DNA of 64,000 nt from Thermoproteota archaeon (GCA_027492205.1 JAOZFN010000011.1:96001-160000); one strand, 5' to 3'; shown: positions 1-9,648, numbered from the stretch's first letter. Numbers and translations: made by a program. The notes: a model not told the origin generated them from the sequence alone.

Positions 1-9
1 GGGGCCTCC

Positions 10-660
10 GTGGTGACCGGTCACACCGGCTGGTATCCAGGCGTGAGCGAGCCGGTCGCGGTGACGACGGTGGCCGGGAGGGTCGACAGACTGATGCTCC
101 CCTCGAACGCCTCCTCCGGAGACAAGATATTGTTGGCCGGCGCCGTCGGAGGCGAACTTCTGTACTCCCTTGCCCACTTCAGACCCTCCGTCTTGGCAGA
201 CGCCTACGGAGAGGAGGGTGTCAGGAGATGGAGGGGCTACTACAGGGACCTGTCGGTCGTGGACTCTGCCATGCTCCTCTCCCGCAGGGGCCTGGCCTTG
301 GCCATGAAGGACGGGGCGGAGGGCGGGCTCGTGAGGGCCCTGAACGACCTGGCAGACGCCTCCGGGCTGGGATTCTACGTGGAGGAGGAGAAGCTCCCGA
401 TCCCCCCGGAACTCCTGGCCCTGGCCGACGAGCACGGGTTCAATCCGCTGGCCGCCTCCAGCTCCGGTCTGCTGGTGGCAGTCGTCAGGCCAGAGTGGGC
501 TAGGGAGGCTGTGTGGTGCCTGGGGGTCATAGGCATCTCTGCCGAGGTCGTGGGCGCGCTCCTCGGGCGGCCGGAGGAGAGGCTGATCCTGGGCCCTTCA
601 GGGAGGAGGCCATTCCCCCGGGAGGCTGAGGACCCCTACTCCCGTCTCATCTCGCGCTAG
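10..660 (+). CDS. AIR synthase (PurM)-like family protein, C-terminal part (HypE/ThiL/SelD-like); probably 5'-truncated by window edge
   Basis: TGHT, GDKILL, MKDGAEGGL..ALNDLADASG and SSGLLV motifs of the AIRS C-terminal domain. Confidence 0.75.
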   Translation: MVTGHTGWYPGVSEPVAVTTVAGRVDRLMLPSNASSGDKILLAGAVGGELLYSLAHFRPSVLADAYGEEGVRRWRGYYRDLSVVDSAMLLSRRGLALAMKDGAEGGLVRALNDLADASGLGFYVEEEKLPIPPELLALADEHGFNPLAASSSGLLVAVVRPEWAREAVWCLGVIGISAEVVGALLGRPEERLILGPSGRRPFPREAEDPYSRLISR

Positions 661-2018
661 CCCCGCGCCGTGCCCCCCTCGACGATCACGAACCGGGGAG
701 AGGACGCGTACCCCGTGACCCCACCCGAGGAGAACCGCACCTCCACGAACACGCCAGCGTAGGCCTTGGTCACTGGAATCGACGCCCTCCAGACACCCTC
801 TTCCAGGGTCATCCGGATTGGGCTCCAGCCCGCGGTCACCAACCCGGCGAGGCTCTCAGAGGTCGCCGTCCACGCGGCGACCCCCAGGATCTCGCAGCGG
901 CAGGTCACCTCAGCCAAGACCCACGCAGAGCCTCCGGTCGAGTGAGAGACGTGGACGTTGACCTCAGGCAGCTCGGCCGCGCCGGTGACGTGGGCTAGGA
1001 AGGCCCTCCAGGCTGCCGCCGCCCTCTCGGTCGAGTGGAGCCCGGTGTGCGTAGCGTTGGGGACGATCTCGAACCACAGCGGCCCGTGGTAGTAGGGGGC
1101 GTAGGTCCACTCGACTGCCGGTGGACTCAGCTGGTCGGCAGCCTCGAAGATCACCATGACCGGGATCGAGAGTTCGTCGAAGTGTTTCACCGGATCGTAC
1201 ACCCCCAGCAGGTCATCCACGTTGGCTGAGCGGTTCACCTGGTCCAGGACGCCGTAGGCTTCCATAACGGCCGGCGACCCGATCGGCCTCCCGTAGGCCT
1301 GATAGTGGGACCGCAGCAGGGCGGTGAGGTTGGCCCCGTTGTAGGAGCGCGGCGCTATCGCCGCGACCCGGTCGTCGTAGGCGGCCACGATCCAAGTCGT
1401 GAGTCCCCTCTTGCTACCTCCGCTCAGCACGAAGCGGCTCGGGTGGGAGGGGACCAGCAGGCTCTCGAGTGTCATGGCCCGTGAGTAGGCGAACGCCATG
1501 GGATAGACGAGGTGCCAGGTCAGGTCGCCGGTTTCGAGTGCCTTGGATATGGAGAAAGCCATGAGTTCAGTCTCCTCCAGCCCGAACTGGCCGTTGGGCA
1601 CGTCGAACAGTATCAGAACGGGGACGCAGGTCTCTGCGACCGCTCTGGCGCCGAACTCCACCGCGAATCGCTTGAACCCGGCGGGACCAGGACCGCCGGC
1701 GACGACGGCGCCGAGTTCGGAGTCGCACCCCTCCGAGTAGAAGATCCAGGCCCGGTGACTCCACCGCTTACCCTTCCACCTGATGCCCGAGAACTCGACG
1801 GCGAGGTACCTGACCTGGCGACCCTCAACCTCGATGGTCCCGTTGGCCAGCAGCTCGTAGGAAATCTCTTCGGGATCCCTCGCGTTGCTGAGGTCTAGCG
1901 TGAGGGACTCGGTTCCGCCCCCGCCACGAAGTTTGGTTGGCCTCACCCAGTGAAGAACTCCTACGACGACCAAGCCGGCGAGCAGGACGACGATCAGGAT
2001 AAGCGCGCCTCTCCCCAC
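657..2018 (-). CDS. PqaA (PhoPQ-activated pathogenicity protein)-like alpha/beta hydrolase with N-terminal membrane anchor
   Basis: FVLSGGSKRGLTTW nucleophile motif matches PqaA-type GxSKRGWTTW; VPNQ-like VPNG; PNATH; hydrophobic N-terminus. Confidence 0.75.
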   Translation of the reverse strand: MGRGALILIVVLLAGLVVVGVLHWVRPTKLRGGGGTESLTLDLSNARDPEEISYELLANGTIEVEGRQVRYLAVEFSGIRWKGKRWSHRAWIFYSEGCDSELGAVVAGGPGPAGFKRFAVEFGARAVAETCVPVLILFDVPNGQFGLEETELMAFSISKALETGDLTWHLVYPMAFAYSRAMTLESLLVPSHPSRFVLSGGSKRGLTTWIVAAYDDRVAAIAPRSYNGANLTALLRSHYQAYGRPIGSPAVMEAYGVLDQVNRSANVDDLLGVYDPVKHFDELSIPVMVIFEAADQLSPPAVEWTYAPYYHGPLWFEIVPNATHTGLHSTERAAAAWRAFLAHVTGAAELPEVNVHVSHSTGGSAWVLAEVTCRCEILGVAAWTATSESLAGLVTAGWSPIRMTLEEGVWRASIPVTKAYAGVFVEVRFSSGGVTGYASSPRFVIVEGGTARG

Positions 2019-2106
2019 TCTTCACTTCACCGGGGAGCATCGGAGGGGAGGCTAGTTTAGGGACGCCTGGGAACGATCTTGAAACAGGCGAAACGCCATC
2101 TCGGCC

Positions 2107-2217
2107 TCACCTTAGGCCCAGCTCTCTCTTCCACCTCCTGCCTAGGAGGTAGAGCACCAAGTAGGTTATGAAAGCGGTCGCGATTACCACTGCCGTGATT
2201 ATCACCTTCACGCCCAT
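2107..2217 (-). CDS. Small 36-aa single-TM protein (below ORF-track cutoff)
   Basis: Manual translation MGVKVIITAVVIATAFITYLVLYLLGRRWKRELGLR*: about 21 hydrophobic residues then a basic tail; AT-rich TTTATTG box about 40 nt upstream. Confidence 0.5.
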   Translation of the reverse strand: MGVKVIITAVVIATAFITYLVLYLLGRRWKRELGLR

Positions 2218-2391
2218 CCGCGGCACCCAGCCCGTCGACCATCATATGTTGAAGTCAATAAATTTTGTGTTTGTCATTGTTATCGGAACCCTTATAGGCT
2301 GGCGCCCCGGACTCATGGCCGGTGCCTCCGGACGACGAGGCCCCTGGTGAAGTGAAGGTGCGGGGGCAGACTACCGGAGCCCTGGCAGGCC

Positions 2392-2560
2392 GTGAAGGTC
2401 CGGGCGACCAGGAATAGGGGAGTCTTCAGGGACAAGGTGCTCAGCCCAGGGAAAGTGCGCGCCCTGGTAAGGTCCGCGGAGATCTTGATTCACAAGGCCA
2501 TAATAGCCGCGCTCTACGAGGGAGCCCTTGCGTCGGGGAGCTGTGCTACCGAGCTCCGGT
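2392..2560 (+). pseudogene. Tyrosine recombinase/integrase remnant
   Basis: VLSPGKVRALVRSAEILIHKAIIAALYEGAL, then a frameshift at about 2530 restores (R)VGELC, i.e. the LYExGxRxxEL box I; the rest of the catalytic domain is absent. Confidence 0.6.
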
Positions 2561-2752
2561 CGGCTGTGCGCCCGGTTATCTGGTGCTTCAGGCCCCGATC
2601 CTGGCCTCCCTCCCGTCGCCCTCCTGGCCCTGGTGGGCTTGGTGACCCTCTGGCTGCTGGAGGTCGGGAGGCTGGCCGACTCCGCCCTCAAATTGTTTTT
2701 ATTTAGCGGTACAGTCTACGCTGGGAAGCGCGAGTCGGGTCGGGGGATCTCT

Positions 2753-3217
2753 TTGGACAGACGCAGGGTGCTCCTCTCCTTCATCAGGCTGCTGGAGGAG
2801 AGGGGGATACTCAGGTTCGACCCCGACAGCCTCGACTCCAGGCTCAGGCTGCAGAAGTACGTTTATCTGGCGAGGCCTTTCGGCCTGAGACTGGGCTACG
2901 GGTTCTCCCTCTACATCAGGGGTCCTTACTCTCCAGACCTCGCTAGGGACTACTACGACCTCCCGGAGGGGGGGGATTCGCTGCCCGCGGAGTTCAAGGC
3001 TGAGGAGTTCATCGAGTTCGTCCGGGATAGGGACGAGAGGTGGCTAGAGGCCGCCAGCACCCTGCTCATGCTGGCCGAGGAGAGCCCTGACGACCTCGAG
3101 TGGGTGATATCGAGGGGCAGAGAGCTGAAGCCCTGGGCCGGGGAGGAGTGGCTCAGGGGCATCCTGGAGGAGATCAGGAGGAGGAATCTGATACCGGTCA
3201 CTCCTCTGAGATCTTGA
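2753..3217 (+). CDS. YwgA/SocA-Panacea-like (DUF4065-related) putative antitoxin
   Basis: RLRLQKYVYLA...YGFSLYIRGPYSPDL and WLEAASTL; TTG start at 2753 after a GGGGA element (ORF track starts at 2528). Confidence 0.65.
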   Translation: MDRRRVLLSFIRLLEERGILRFDPDSLDSRLRLQKYVYLARPFGLRLGYGFSLYIRGPYSPDLARDYYDLPEGGDSLPAEFKAEEFIEFVRDRDERWLEAASTLLMLAEESPDDLEWVISRGRELKPWAGEEWLRGILEEIRRRNLIPVTPLRS

Positions 3218-3692
3218 GCTTCCTGCGGCGCCTCCCCTCCTTCGTCAACCGCTCGTTGATCTCGTCTATGGCCTTGGACTCGATCACCTCTCTGTCAGTC
3301 GTCAAGAGCCTCGTGGAGTCCGGGTCCAGTAGCGCTTGAGCCGCGATCATTGAGTCCGCTGGCTTTATCCTGTAGTCCCTCTCTCGGATCTCTGCAGCCA
3401 GCCTGCAGACCTCCTCGTTGGCCCAGGCGATCGCGGGGTCGAGTGCCTCGAACAGCTCTCGAAGCCTGCGGACGGCATCCGCCGCCTCCGGGCCGCTGGC
3501 GCTCACGGCCAGCCACAGGAGGACCTCGACAGCAGCCGCGGACGACACCACCACGCGGGATCTTCCCCTCTCTCGCTCCTCCCTCAGCCTGTAGACGACG
3601 CGGTGCCCGTACTGATACTGATCCCTGTCCCCGAGGTTCATGTAGGCTATGATCACGCTGGAGTCGAGGTGGGTTGTGCTCTCGCCCTCCAT
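3198..3692 (-). CDS. PIN-domain ribonuclease (VapC-like toxin)
   Basis: LDSSVIIAY, AVE, PADSMIAAQA and LLTTD supply the PIN acidic residues; TTTAAA box upstream at about 3720. Confidence 0.85.
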   Translation of the reverse strand: MEGESTTHLDSSVIIAYMNLGDRDQYQYGHRVVYRLREERERGRSRVVVSSAAAVEVLLWLAVSASGPEAADAVRRLRELFEALDPAIAWANEEVCRLAAEIRERDYRIKPADSMIAAQALLDPDSTRLLTTDREVIESKAIDEINERLTKEGRRRRKLKISEE

Positions 3693-3734
3693 CCAGGTCC
3701 CTCGAGCCGAGCACAGCCTTTTAAACGGGGAGGC

Positions 3735-4076
3735 GTTACCAACCTTCTCCTAGATCACTACGTCGCTGGGCCGGACGGGAGGAAGAGGCACGTCCAGCAC
3801 TACGTCGGCCCGGCGGGCGAGAACCCTGAGCTGGCCAGGCTCGTTGTGAGCAGGCTGTCAGCAGATGTCAGCAGTTATCAGCATGAGGGGGAGGGGCCTA
3901 GGGGCCTGGTGGTCGAGCTGACGCCTGAGGAGGTGGAGGCGTTCTACGTGAAGGTCGTCGAGAAGGTCGGGAGGGGGAAGTACAGGCCGGAGAGGCACGG
4001 GGGGATGACCTGGGGGCAGGTGAGCGAGGCGTGGAGTTCGCTGAAGGCCAAGGTCCTGGCCCTGAGGCACAAATGA
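3735..4076 (+). other. Hypothetical protein fragment resembling archaeal virus/plasmid proteins; start unclear
   Basis: GRKRHVQHYVGP resembles the KxxxxYxGP motif of archaeal MGE proteins; codon usage looks genic from about 3750. Confidence 0.35.
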
Positions 4077-4079
4077 GCG

Positions 4080-4230
4080 GGCATTTTAACTGAATCTTCA
4101 TTAAATACGGTCTGTCCCAAACCTTGGCCACTTCTTCTGTCTTTTGTCGATGTGGTGACGCGTATAAGGTTAACATTTTTAATTCTTAAAATTGATAACG
4201 TATTTCACAAGGGCCCGGCTGAGGGGTCGA
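4080..4230. promoter_or_regulatory. AT-rich regulatory region upstream of the MFS transporter
   Basis: Marked AT enrichment with TTTTTAA and CTTAAAA boxes at about 4176-4191. Confidence 0.55.
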
Positions 4231-4237
4231 TGGAGCT

Positions 4238-5539
4238 ATGCCCGCCGACGACGCTAGTCAGAGCGCAACCAATCCGGATCTCGCGGGGCAAAGCTCGGCG
4301 GTAACGAGCAAGCGGGAGAGAATCCAAAGGCTCTACGGTGAGTACTGGAGTCCGAGGTTGGTCACCACCACCTACATGCTGGTGTACCTGACGGAGGGGG
4401 CCGTGCGCAGCCTAGGGATCTTCCTCCCATTCTACCTGTCGGAGAGATTCGGCTTAGGACCGGCGGACATCGGCTTCTTCGTCGCCGCGGCGTACATAGC
4501 GTGGCACTTCAAGTTCATCATAGGCCTGGTGATGGACCTCACCCCCTCCGTGAGGGGCTGGAGGCGCAGGATGTACCTCATGGCCGGCAACGTCATGAGG
4601 ATGGTCGGCTTCTTCCTCCTCGCGAGGGCCGCGGATCCGTGGAGACAGGCGTTCCCCGCCGCGCTGATCATCTTCTCGGGGGACGCCCTCCTGGACATCG
4701 CGGCCGACGCTCTCCTCCTCGATGTCACCCCTCCCGACTACCACGGTATGGGGTTCGGCTTCGGCTGGGGGGGCAGGGCCATTGGATACTCGCTCTCCGC
4801 CCTCTTCGTGACCTGGGCCGTCTCAAGGTTCGGGTGGGACGGCGCCATCTCTCTCATGGCCCTCTACACCATTCCGGCCTTCGCCATGGCCGCCGTGAGG
4901 GAGCCCCCGCTCACGGAGGAGAGGAGGATCAACAAGAGGGTCCTTGCCCTCACGTTCACCGACCCTAGGCTGCTGGCCGCTGTGATCTTCGCAATATTCG
5001 GGGCGTCCGTCTACTCCTTCGACCCCAACAGGGGCGTGTTCTCCCTAGTGATCAAGGAACTCTCCGGGAGGAGCCTCAGGGGTGGAGGCCTGGCCTCCGT
5101 GGCCTTCGGGTTGGCGGTCGCCGTTGGATCCCCGATCACCGGCATGCTGGCCGACCGAATAGGTCACAAAAGGGCGTACTACTTCTCCCTCGCCGGGGCC
5201 GCCGCATCCCTGGCCGGGATGTCTCTCCTGACCTCGGAGAGGGTCTGGCTCACGTATCCGCTGTCCTTCGCCCTGGGCTTCTTCGAGGGCTTCAACTTCA
5301 CCACTTGGGAGACCGTGCTCGGCGACCTCTGCCCACCAGAGTTCCCGTCGTTCCTCTTCCAGTACTTCATGTCGATGCTCCACGTCTCGGCCTACCTGAC
5401 GGCCGTGTTCGTGGGGTGGGGGATAGAGGCCCTGGGGCCCAGGATGACAGTGCTCCTCTCGGCCCTGTACATATCGATGGGCTTCATTCCCGCCTACTTC
5501 GTGAGGCCGCTGGCCACGGGTAAGGCCGAGAGGATCTGA
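4238..5539 (+). CDS. MFS transporter (AmpG/BT1-like)
   Basis: About 12 TM helices; WHFKFIIG..D....GWRRRMY, DIAADA and GMLADRIGHK motifs. Confidence 0.85.
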   Translation: MPADDASQSATNPDLAGQSSAVTSKRERIQRLYGEYWSPRLVTTTYMLVYLTEGAVRSLGIFLPFYLSERFGLGPADIGFFVAAAYIAWHFKFIIGLVMDLTPSVRGWRRRMYLMAGNVMRMVGFFLLARAADPWRQAFPAALIIFSGDALLDIAADALLLDVTPPDYHGMGFGFGWGGRAIGYSLSALFVTWAVSRFGWDGAISLMALYTIPAFAMAAVREPPLTEERRINKRVLALTFTDPRLLAAVIFAIFGASVYSFDPNRGVFSLVIKELSGRSLRGGGLASVAFGLAVAVGSPITGMLADRIGHKRAYYFSLAGAAASLAGMSLLTSERVWLTYPLSFALGFFEGFNFTTWETVLGDLCPPEFPSFLFQYFMSMLHVSAYLTAVFVGWGIEALGPRMTVLLSALYISMGFIPAYFVRPLATGKAERI

Positions 5540-5546
5540 GGGACAC

Positions 5547-5561
5547 TCCCTCCCTTTTTTC
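5547..5561 (+). terminator. Pyrimidine/oligo-T terminator
   Basis: TCCCTCCCTTTTTTC directly after the MFS stop. Confidence 0.5.
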
Positions 5562-5626
5562 AAAACTGCGAAGAACCTCGCACCTTAAGCACACGGTTTA
5601 TTTACCCTCCTTGGACCTCAGAAGCG

Positions 5627-6640
5627 GTGAGCATGACCAAGAGGGCGCTCTACGTGATTGGGTTCATCTTGCTCTCCGGCCTAGCCGGCTACCTCCTCCT
5701 GGGATACGTGGGTCTCGCCCCCCTGGGGGTCGGGCGGGCTCCGCCCGCCCCCGGCTTGGAAGAGGTCCCTCAGGGCGGGGTCAAGGCGGCTAGGGGGGCG
5801 GGCCTCCTGGTCACGCCCGAGGTGGGAGAGGCCGCCTACGGCGGGGCCGGAGTCCCGGCGCCGACGGCGCCTCCCGCGACGTATCCCGTCACGTCGGCCG
5901 GAGGCGCGGAGATCCCCACCTCGGCCTACGCAGGGAGGTCGCTGATCATAAGGGTGGAGGTGGGCGTCGAGGTCCCCGAGGGCCAGGTTGGACAGGCGGC
6001 CTCGGCCGTGGAGAGGGTGGCGGTCTCCAAGGGGGGCTGGGTCGAGTACTCCATGGTAACCGACGAGTACGCCACCGTGACCGTGAGGGTCCCGGTCGAG
6101 AGCCTCGACGCGGCCCTGGCGGAGATCAGGCAAATAGGCACCGTAAAGAGCGAGACCAGGAGCGCGACCGACGTCACGGACCAGCTTGTCGACCTTGACG
6201 CCAGGCTGCGGAACGCTAAGGCGGAGGAGCAGAGGCTGCTGGAGATCCTGAGCAAGGCCGAGACCGTCAACGAGATACTGCAGGTTGAGGACCGACTCTC
6301 CCACGTGAGAGAGAGGATCGAGAGGCTCGAGGCCCAGAAGAAGATGCTGGAGGAGCAGGTAGACTACGCGACCGTGACCGTCACGATCTCCGTCCCGGAG
6401 CCCGAGCCGCCCGAGGAGCCGCTACTCCCAGGCTTCAGCCTCAGAGACCTGGTGAGGGCGGCCCTGAAGGCGCTTGTGCTTGCCCTCACCCTGATAATCG
6501 TCGGGGCGGCCTTCCTTGCGCCGATCGTGGTGGTGGGCTGGGCCATCCTGACGGTCTATCGGAGGTCGAAGGGGGTACTGGGGCAGGTCCCTCAGTCTGG
6601 GTCTGGCCCCTCTCAAGCGCTCGCTCCGGAGGGAGGTTGA
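5627..6640 (+). CDS. DUF4349 domain membrane-anchored protein
   Basis: TVRVPVE, DVTDQLVDLDARL, coiled coil, VDYATVTV and a C-terminal TM. Confidence 0.85.
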   Translation: MSMTKRALYVIGFILLSGLAGYLLLGYVGLAPLGVGRAPPAPGLEEVPQGGVKAARGAGLLVTPEVGEAAYGGAGVPAPTAPPATYPVTSAGGAEIPTSAYAGRSLIIRVEVGVEVPEGQVGQAASAVERVAVSKGGWVEYSMVTDEYATVTVRVPVESLDAALAEIRQIGTVKSETRSATDVTDQLVDLDARLRNAKAEEQRLLEILSKAETVNEILQVEDRLSHVRERIERLEAQKKMLEEQVDYATVTVTISVPEPEPPEEPLLPGFSLRDLVRAALKALVLALTLIIVGAAFLAPIVVVGWAILTVYRRSKGVLGQVPQSGSGPSQALAPEGG

Positions 6641-6701
6641 CCTTCGCCCCCTCCCCCCTTCTTTGAACCGGGCCTTCGGACGTTGAGCTCGGGGTGAGGG
6701 C

Positions 6702-8690
6702 TCACACCGAGTTCCTAGAGGCCTCGACCCTCAGCGCGAGCTCCTCCCTAACAAGCCGGTAAAGCCCGCCGAGGAGCGAGGACGCGGACTCCTCCTCGAG
6801 GCCGATCATTCGCAGGATGGCGTTATCCAGCTCCCACCTCTCCTCTGAGCCAATCTGGTCGGGCAGGGGCGGCAGCTCCCTGGAGCCGATCCTCAGGAGG
6901 ACCTCGGCCGCCTTATCAACCTTGCCGGGGGATAGAGAGGGAACGTTCGGCGTGGGGATGCTCTCGTAGTCGTCCAGCAAAAACCTAAGCCAGCTCGGAC
7001 CGATCTCCCGACCGGCCAGCAGCAGGTAGGCCAGGAACGCGGTGGAGTTGTACCAGGCCGCCAGGGCCGCCTCCCAGGTGGGATCCCCGCAGTCCACTAG
7101 GTAGAAGTTCTTGGTCGCCGTCACCTGCTCAGGCGAGTAGAGGGCCAGGCTGCCGCGCCTGGAGGGATCCAGCTTGTCGAGGAGGAAGAGCCTGGCGAAG
7201 GGCCTCTTCGACGCCACCTGCCTAGTCGCGTGGGCCCACCAGGCCGGTCCGAACGATCGAATGGCTGGCCCGGCCGCGCCGCTCTCCTCTCCCCACTTGA
7301 CGTACTCCCTCACGTCCGGCGGAGCCGACGAGAGGTCCTCCGGCAGCGTCAGAAGCAAGTGCGAGGGGTACGTAACCGCAATCCACCTGTGGGCCTCCGG
7401 CTTCCTGAAGGCCGGTAGTAGGAACTCAGACGGGATGAAGAGTTCTCTCCCGTTTTCGCCCACTATGAAGGCACCCTCGGGGCCCCAACCCATGAGTGAC
7501 CAGTACCTGTTGGGGATGAGGAAGAAGTCGGGGCCGTACATCTCGACCCCCCTCAAGGACCTGCAGGGCGGGCCGTGCCTCAGGGCCCCGCTCGAAAGGC
7601 CCTCCAGCAGGACTGGCAGGAGGAGGTCCTTGATGGGGTGCCTCCTCACGGCCGCTAGGAAGCTGGGGAAGACCCTTGCCTCCGCCTCGATCCTCTCTGC
7701 GGGCATCGCGCGCCTGCCTATCATCCGCTCGACCTGGCCGAGCGCTTCCTCCGTGAGTCTGAGGTGTTCAATCCCCCTGAGCCCGAGACCGCGGGTGGCC
7801 AGCAGGATGACCTCTTTGAATCCGCTGCCCGCGCTGGCCGAGTGCCACGGCCCCTCGAGCAGGGCCACGTGGTCGAACCTGTCCCTGAGCATTCTCACAA
7901 CGCCGCGGCCGTAGAGGGTGTAGAAGGTCGAGGCGGGGAGGACGCTCGCGAGCACCCCTGCATCTCTGAGCAGCTTCTCCGAGAGGGCGAGGGCGAACGC
8001 CTGAAGGGAGGGCTGGCCCCCGAGGTCCTCGGGCGCCCCGGGCCCCTCTGACCGCAGGAAGGAGCGGTAGTCCCTCTCCAGCAGCTCCCACCTGGTGAAG
8101 GGCGGGTTGGTGAGAATCACGTCGACCTCCGACTCCTCGCCGGAGAGGGTGCGGAAGCTGTCGCCCGCCCTCACATCGAGTACCCCCTCGTCGCCGCGCA
8201 GGGCCGTCAGGACCGTGGCGTAGCAGGCCAGGGCCGCCTCGGGAACTATCTCAGATGCCAGGACCAGCCTGGGGTTCAGCCCGGCCATCACGGCCTCCCA
8301 CAGGGTCACGCCCGCGCCGGCGAACGGGTCAGAGATCTCCGGCGATCCGCCGATCACCCTCCAGGCCGACCTGGCCATCATCCTCGCCACCGGCCTCAGG
8401 GTGTAGTAGGCGGCCAGCCTCTTCCTGAGGCCGCCCAGCTTCGGGGCCAGGGAGTCCTGTATCTCCCTGGCCAACCTCATGGCGCCGTGCCTAGAGAGAC
8501 CACGTGCCCTCCTGACGGCCTCTTCCAAGATTTGAGGATCCAGCTCGTCGATCTCGACGCCCGAGAGGCCCTCCGGCTGCTCGAACTCCTCGGGTGAGGT
8601 CAGGCCCCTCCAGTAGGCGATAAGGGCCAGGGAGCCGACGGCCTCTCTCCTGAGGCCGGGCCTAATCATCACCCTCATTTGATCCCCCAC
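6702..8690 (-). CDS. Amino (N6-adenine/N4-cytosine) DNA methyltransferase, gamma class, with C-terminal target-recognition region
   Basis: Motif I DPFAGAG, GDSF, motif IV ILTNPPF, VLPASTF..YGR and YNST in the TRD. Confidence 0.8.
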   Translation of the reverse strand: MGDQMRVMIRPGLRREAVGSLALIAYWRGLTSPEEFEQPEGLSGVEIDELDPQILEEAVRRARGLSRHGAMRLAREIQDSLAPKLGGLRKRLAAYYTLRPVARMMARSAWRVIGGSPEISDPFAGAGVTLWEAVMAGLNPRLVLASEIVPEAALACYATVLTALRGDEGVLDVRAGDSFRTLSGEESEVDVILTNPPFTRWELLERDYRSFLRSEGPGAPEDLGGQPSLQAFALALSEKLLRDAGVLASVLPASTFYTLYGRGVVRMLRDRFDHVALLEGPWHSASAGSGFKEVILLATRGLGLRGIEHLRLTEEALGQVERMIGRRAMPAERIEAEARVFPSFLAAVRRHPIKDLLLPVLLEGLSSGALRHGPPCRSLRGVEMYGPDFFLIPNRYWSLMGWGPEGAFIVGENGRELFIPSEFLLPAFRKPEAHRWIAVTYPSHLLLTLPEDLSSAPPDVREYVKWGEESGAAGPAIRSFGPAWWAHATRQVASKRPFARLFLLDKLDPSRRGSLALYSPEQVTATKNFYLVDCGDPTWEAALAAWYNSTAFLAYLLLAGREIGPSWLRFLLDDYESIPTPNVPSLSPGKVDKAAEVLLRIGSRELPPLPDQIGSEERWELDNAILRMIGLEEESASSLLGGLYRLVREELALRVEASRNSV

Positions 8691-8742
8691 CTGAAAAATA
8701 AGGTGAGGGGTGCGCCCGACCCGAGGGGCCTCCCTTCCACCT

Positions 8743-9639
8743 TCAGGCCATGAGGCCCTGGACCACCACCCCGACGGTCGCCAGCAGCGGGGTGATCAGA
8801 GTCGCCTGGACATTGGCCGCCATGAATGGCACCAGCGCCTCAATTTCCTCTGAGTGCCTCAGGGCCCCAGAGATGGCCTTGAAGGCGGGAAAGGCGCCGA
8901 CGAGCCCCAGCAGGGAACCCACGGGGAGGACTCCAGAGGTCACCAGCGCCGCCAGGAGCAGGAACGCGAGAACGTGCACGGCGGCAAATATCCTGGCCGC
9001 GGCGGGCCTTCCAACCAAGATGGGGAGCGTCCTCCTCCCACCCCTGGCGTCGGCCTCGACGTCGGGAAACTCGTTGAGGATCAGCAGGTTTGCCACCAAG
9101 AGCCCGATGGGGATGCCGGCGAGGAAGCCCTCTAAATCCATCCTTCCAGTCTGGACGTAGTAGGCACCCAAGACCATGAGCGGGCCGAAGTTAAGGCCCG
9201 TGGAGAGTTCTCCGACTCCCAGTCTGGTGAGGACGGGCGTGTAGAGGTAGGCCGTCGCGGCTCCCACGAGCCCCAGCGCCAGCACCCACGGGCCGACCGT
9301 AAGCGCGAGATACGCGCCCACCGCCAGGCCGCCCAGCAGAGACGCCACGCCGAGGGAGTGCACAGACTTCGGGCTCAAGAGCCCGGCGGGCAGGATTCCG
9401 CTGCCCCCGGAGAAAGGCGTCCTCTTGGTGTGGAGGTCGACCCCCGACACGTAGTCGAAGTAGTCGTTGAGGACGTTGACAGCTACGTGGAGCATCAGGG
9501 CGCCGATCACGGTGATGGCGAAGAGCCGCAGATCGAAGTGCCCCCGTGACCAGGCCAGGACAGACCCGAAGGCCACTATGTCGGGCGTCAAGAGGAGAAA
9601 TGGTACCCTCAGCTCGGCCAGCCAGACCTTGACGCCCAT
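8743..9639 (-). CDS. menA: UbiA-family prenyltransferase, MenA-like
   Basis: NVLNDYFDYVSGVD, TPFSGGSG, LGVGE, NEFPDVEADARGGRRTL; multi-TM. Confidence 0.75.
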   Translation of the reverse strand: MGVKVWLAELRVPFLLLTPDIVAFGSVLAWSRGHFDLRLFAITVIGALMLHVAVNVLNDYFDYVSGVDLHTKRTPFSGGSGILPAGLLSPKSVHSLGVASLLGGLAVGAYLALTVGPWVLALGLVGAATAYLYTPVLTRLGVGELSTGLNFGPLMVLGAYYVQTGRMDLEGFLAGIPIGLLVANLLILNEFPDVEADARGGRRTLPILVGRPAAARIFAAVHVLAFLLLAALVTSGVLPVGSLLGLVGAFPAFKAISGALRHSEEIEALVPFMAANVQATLITPLLATVGVVVQGLMA

Positions 9640-9648
9640 CCTATCCCC

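Noticed and set aside
10-660. Selenophosphate synthetase (SelD) call
   Set aside because: Only the generic AIRS C-terminal domain is visible; the diagnostic N-terminus lies outside the window
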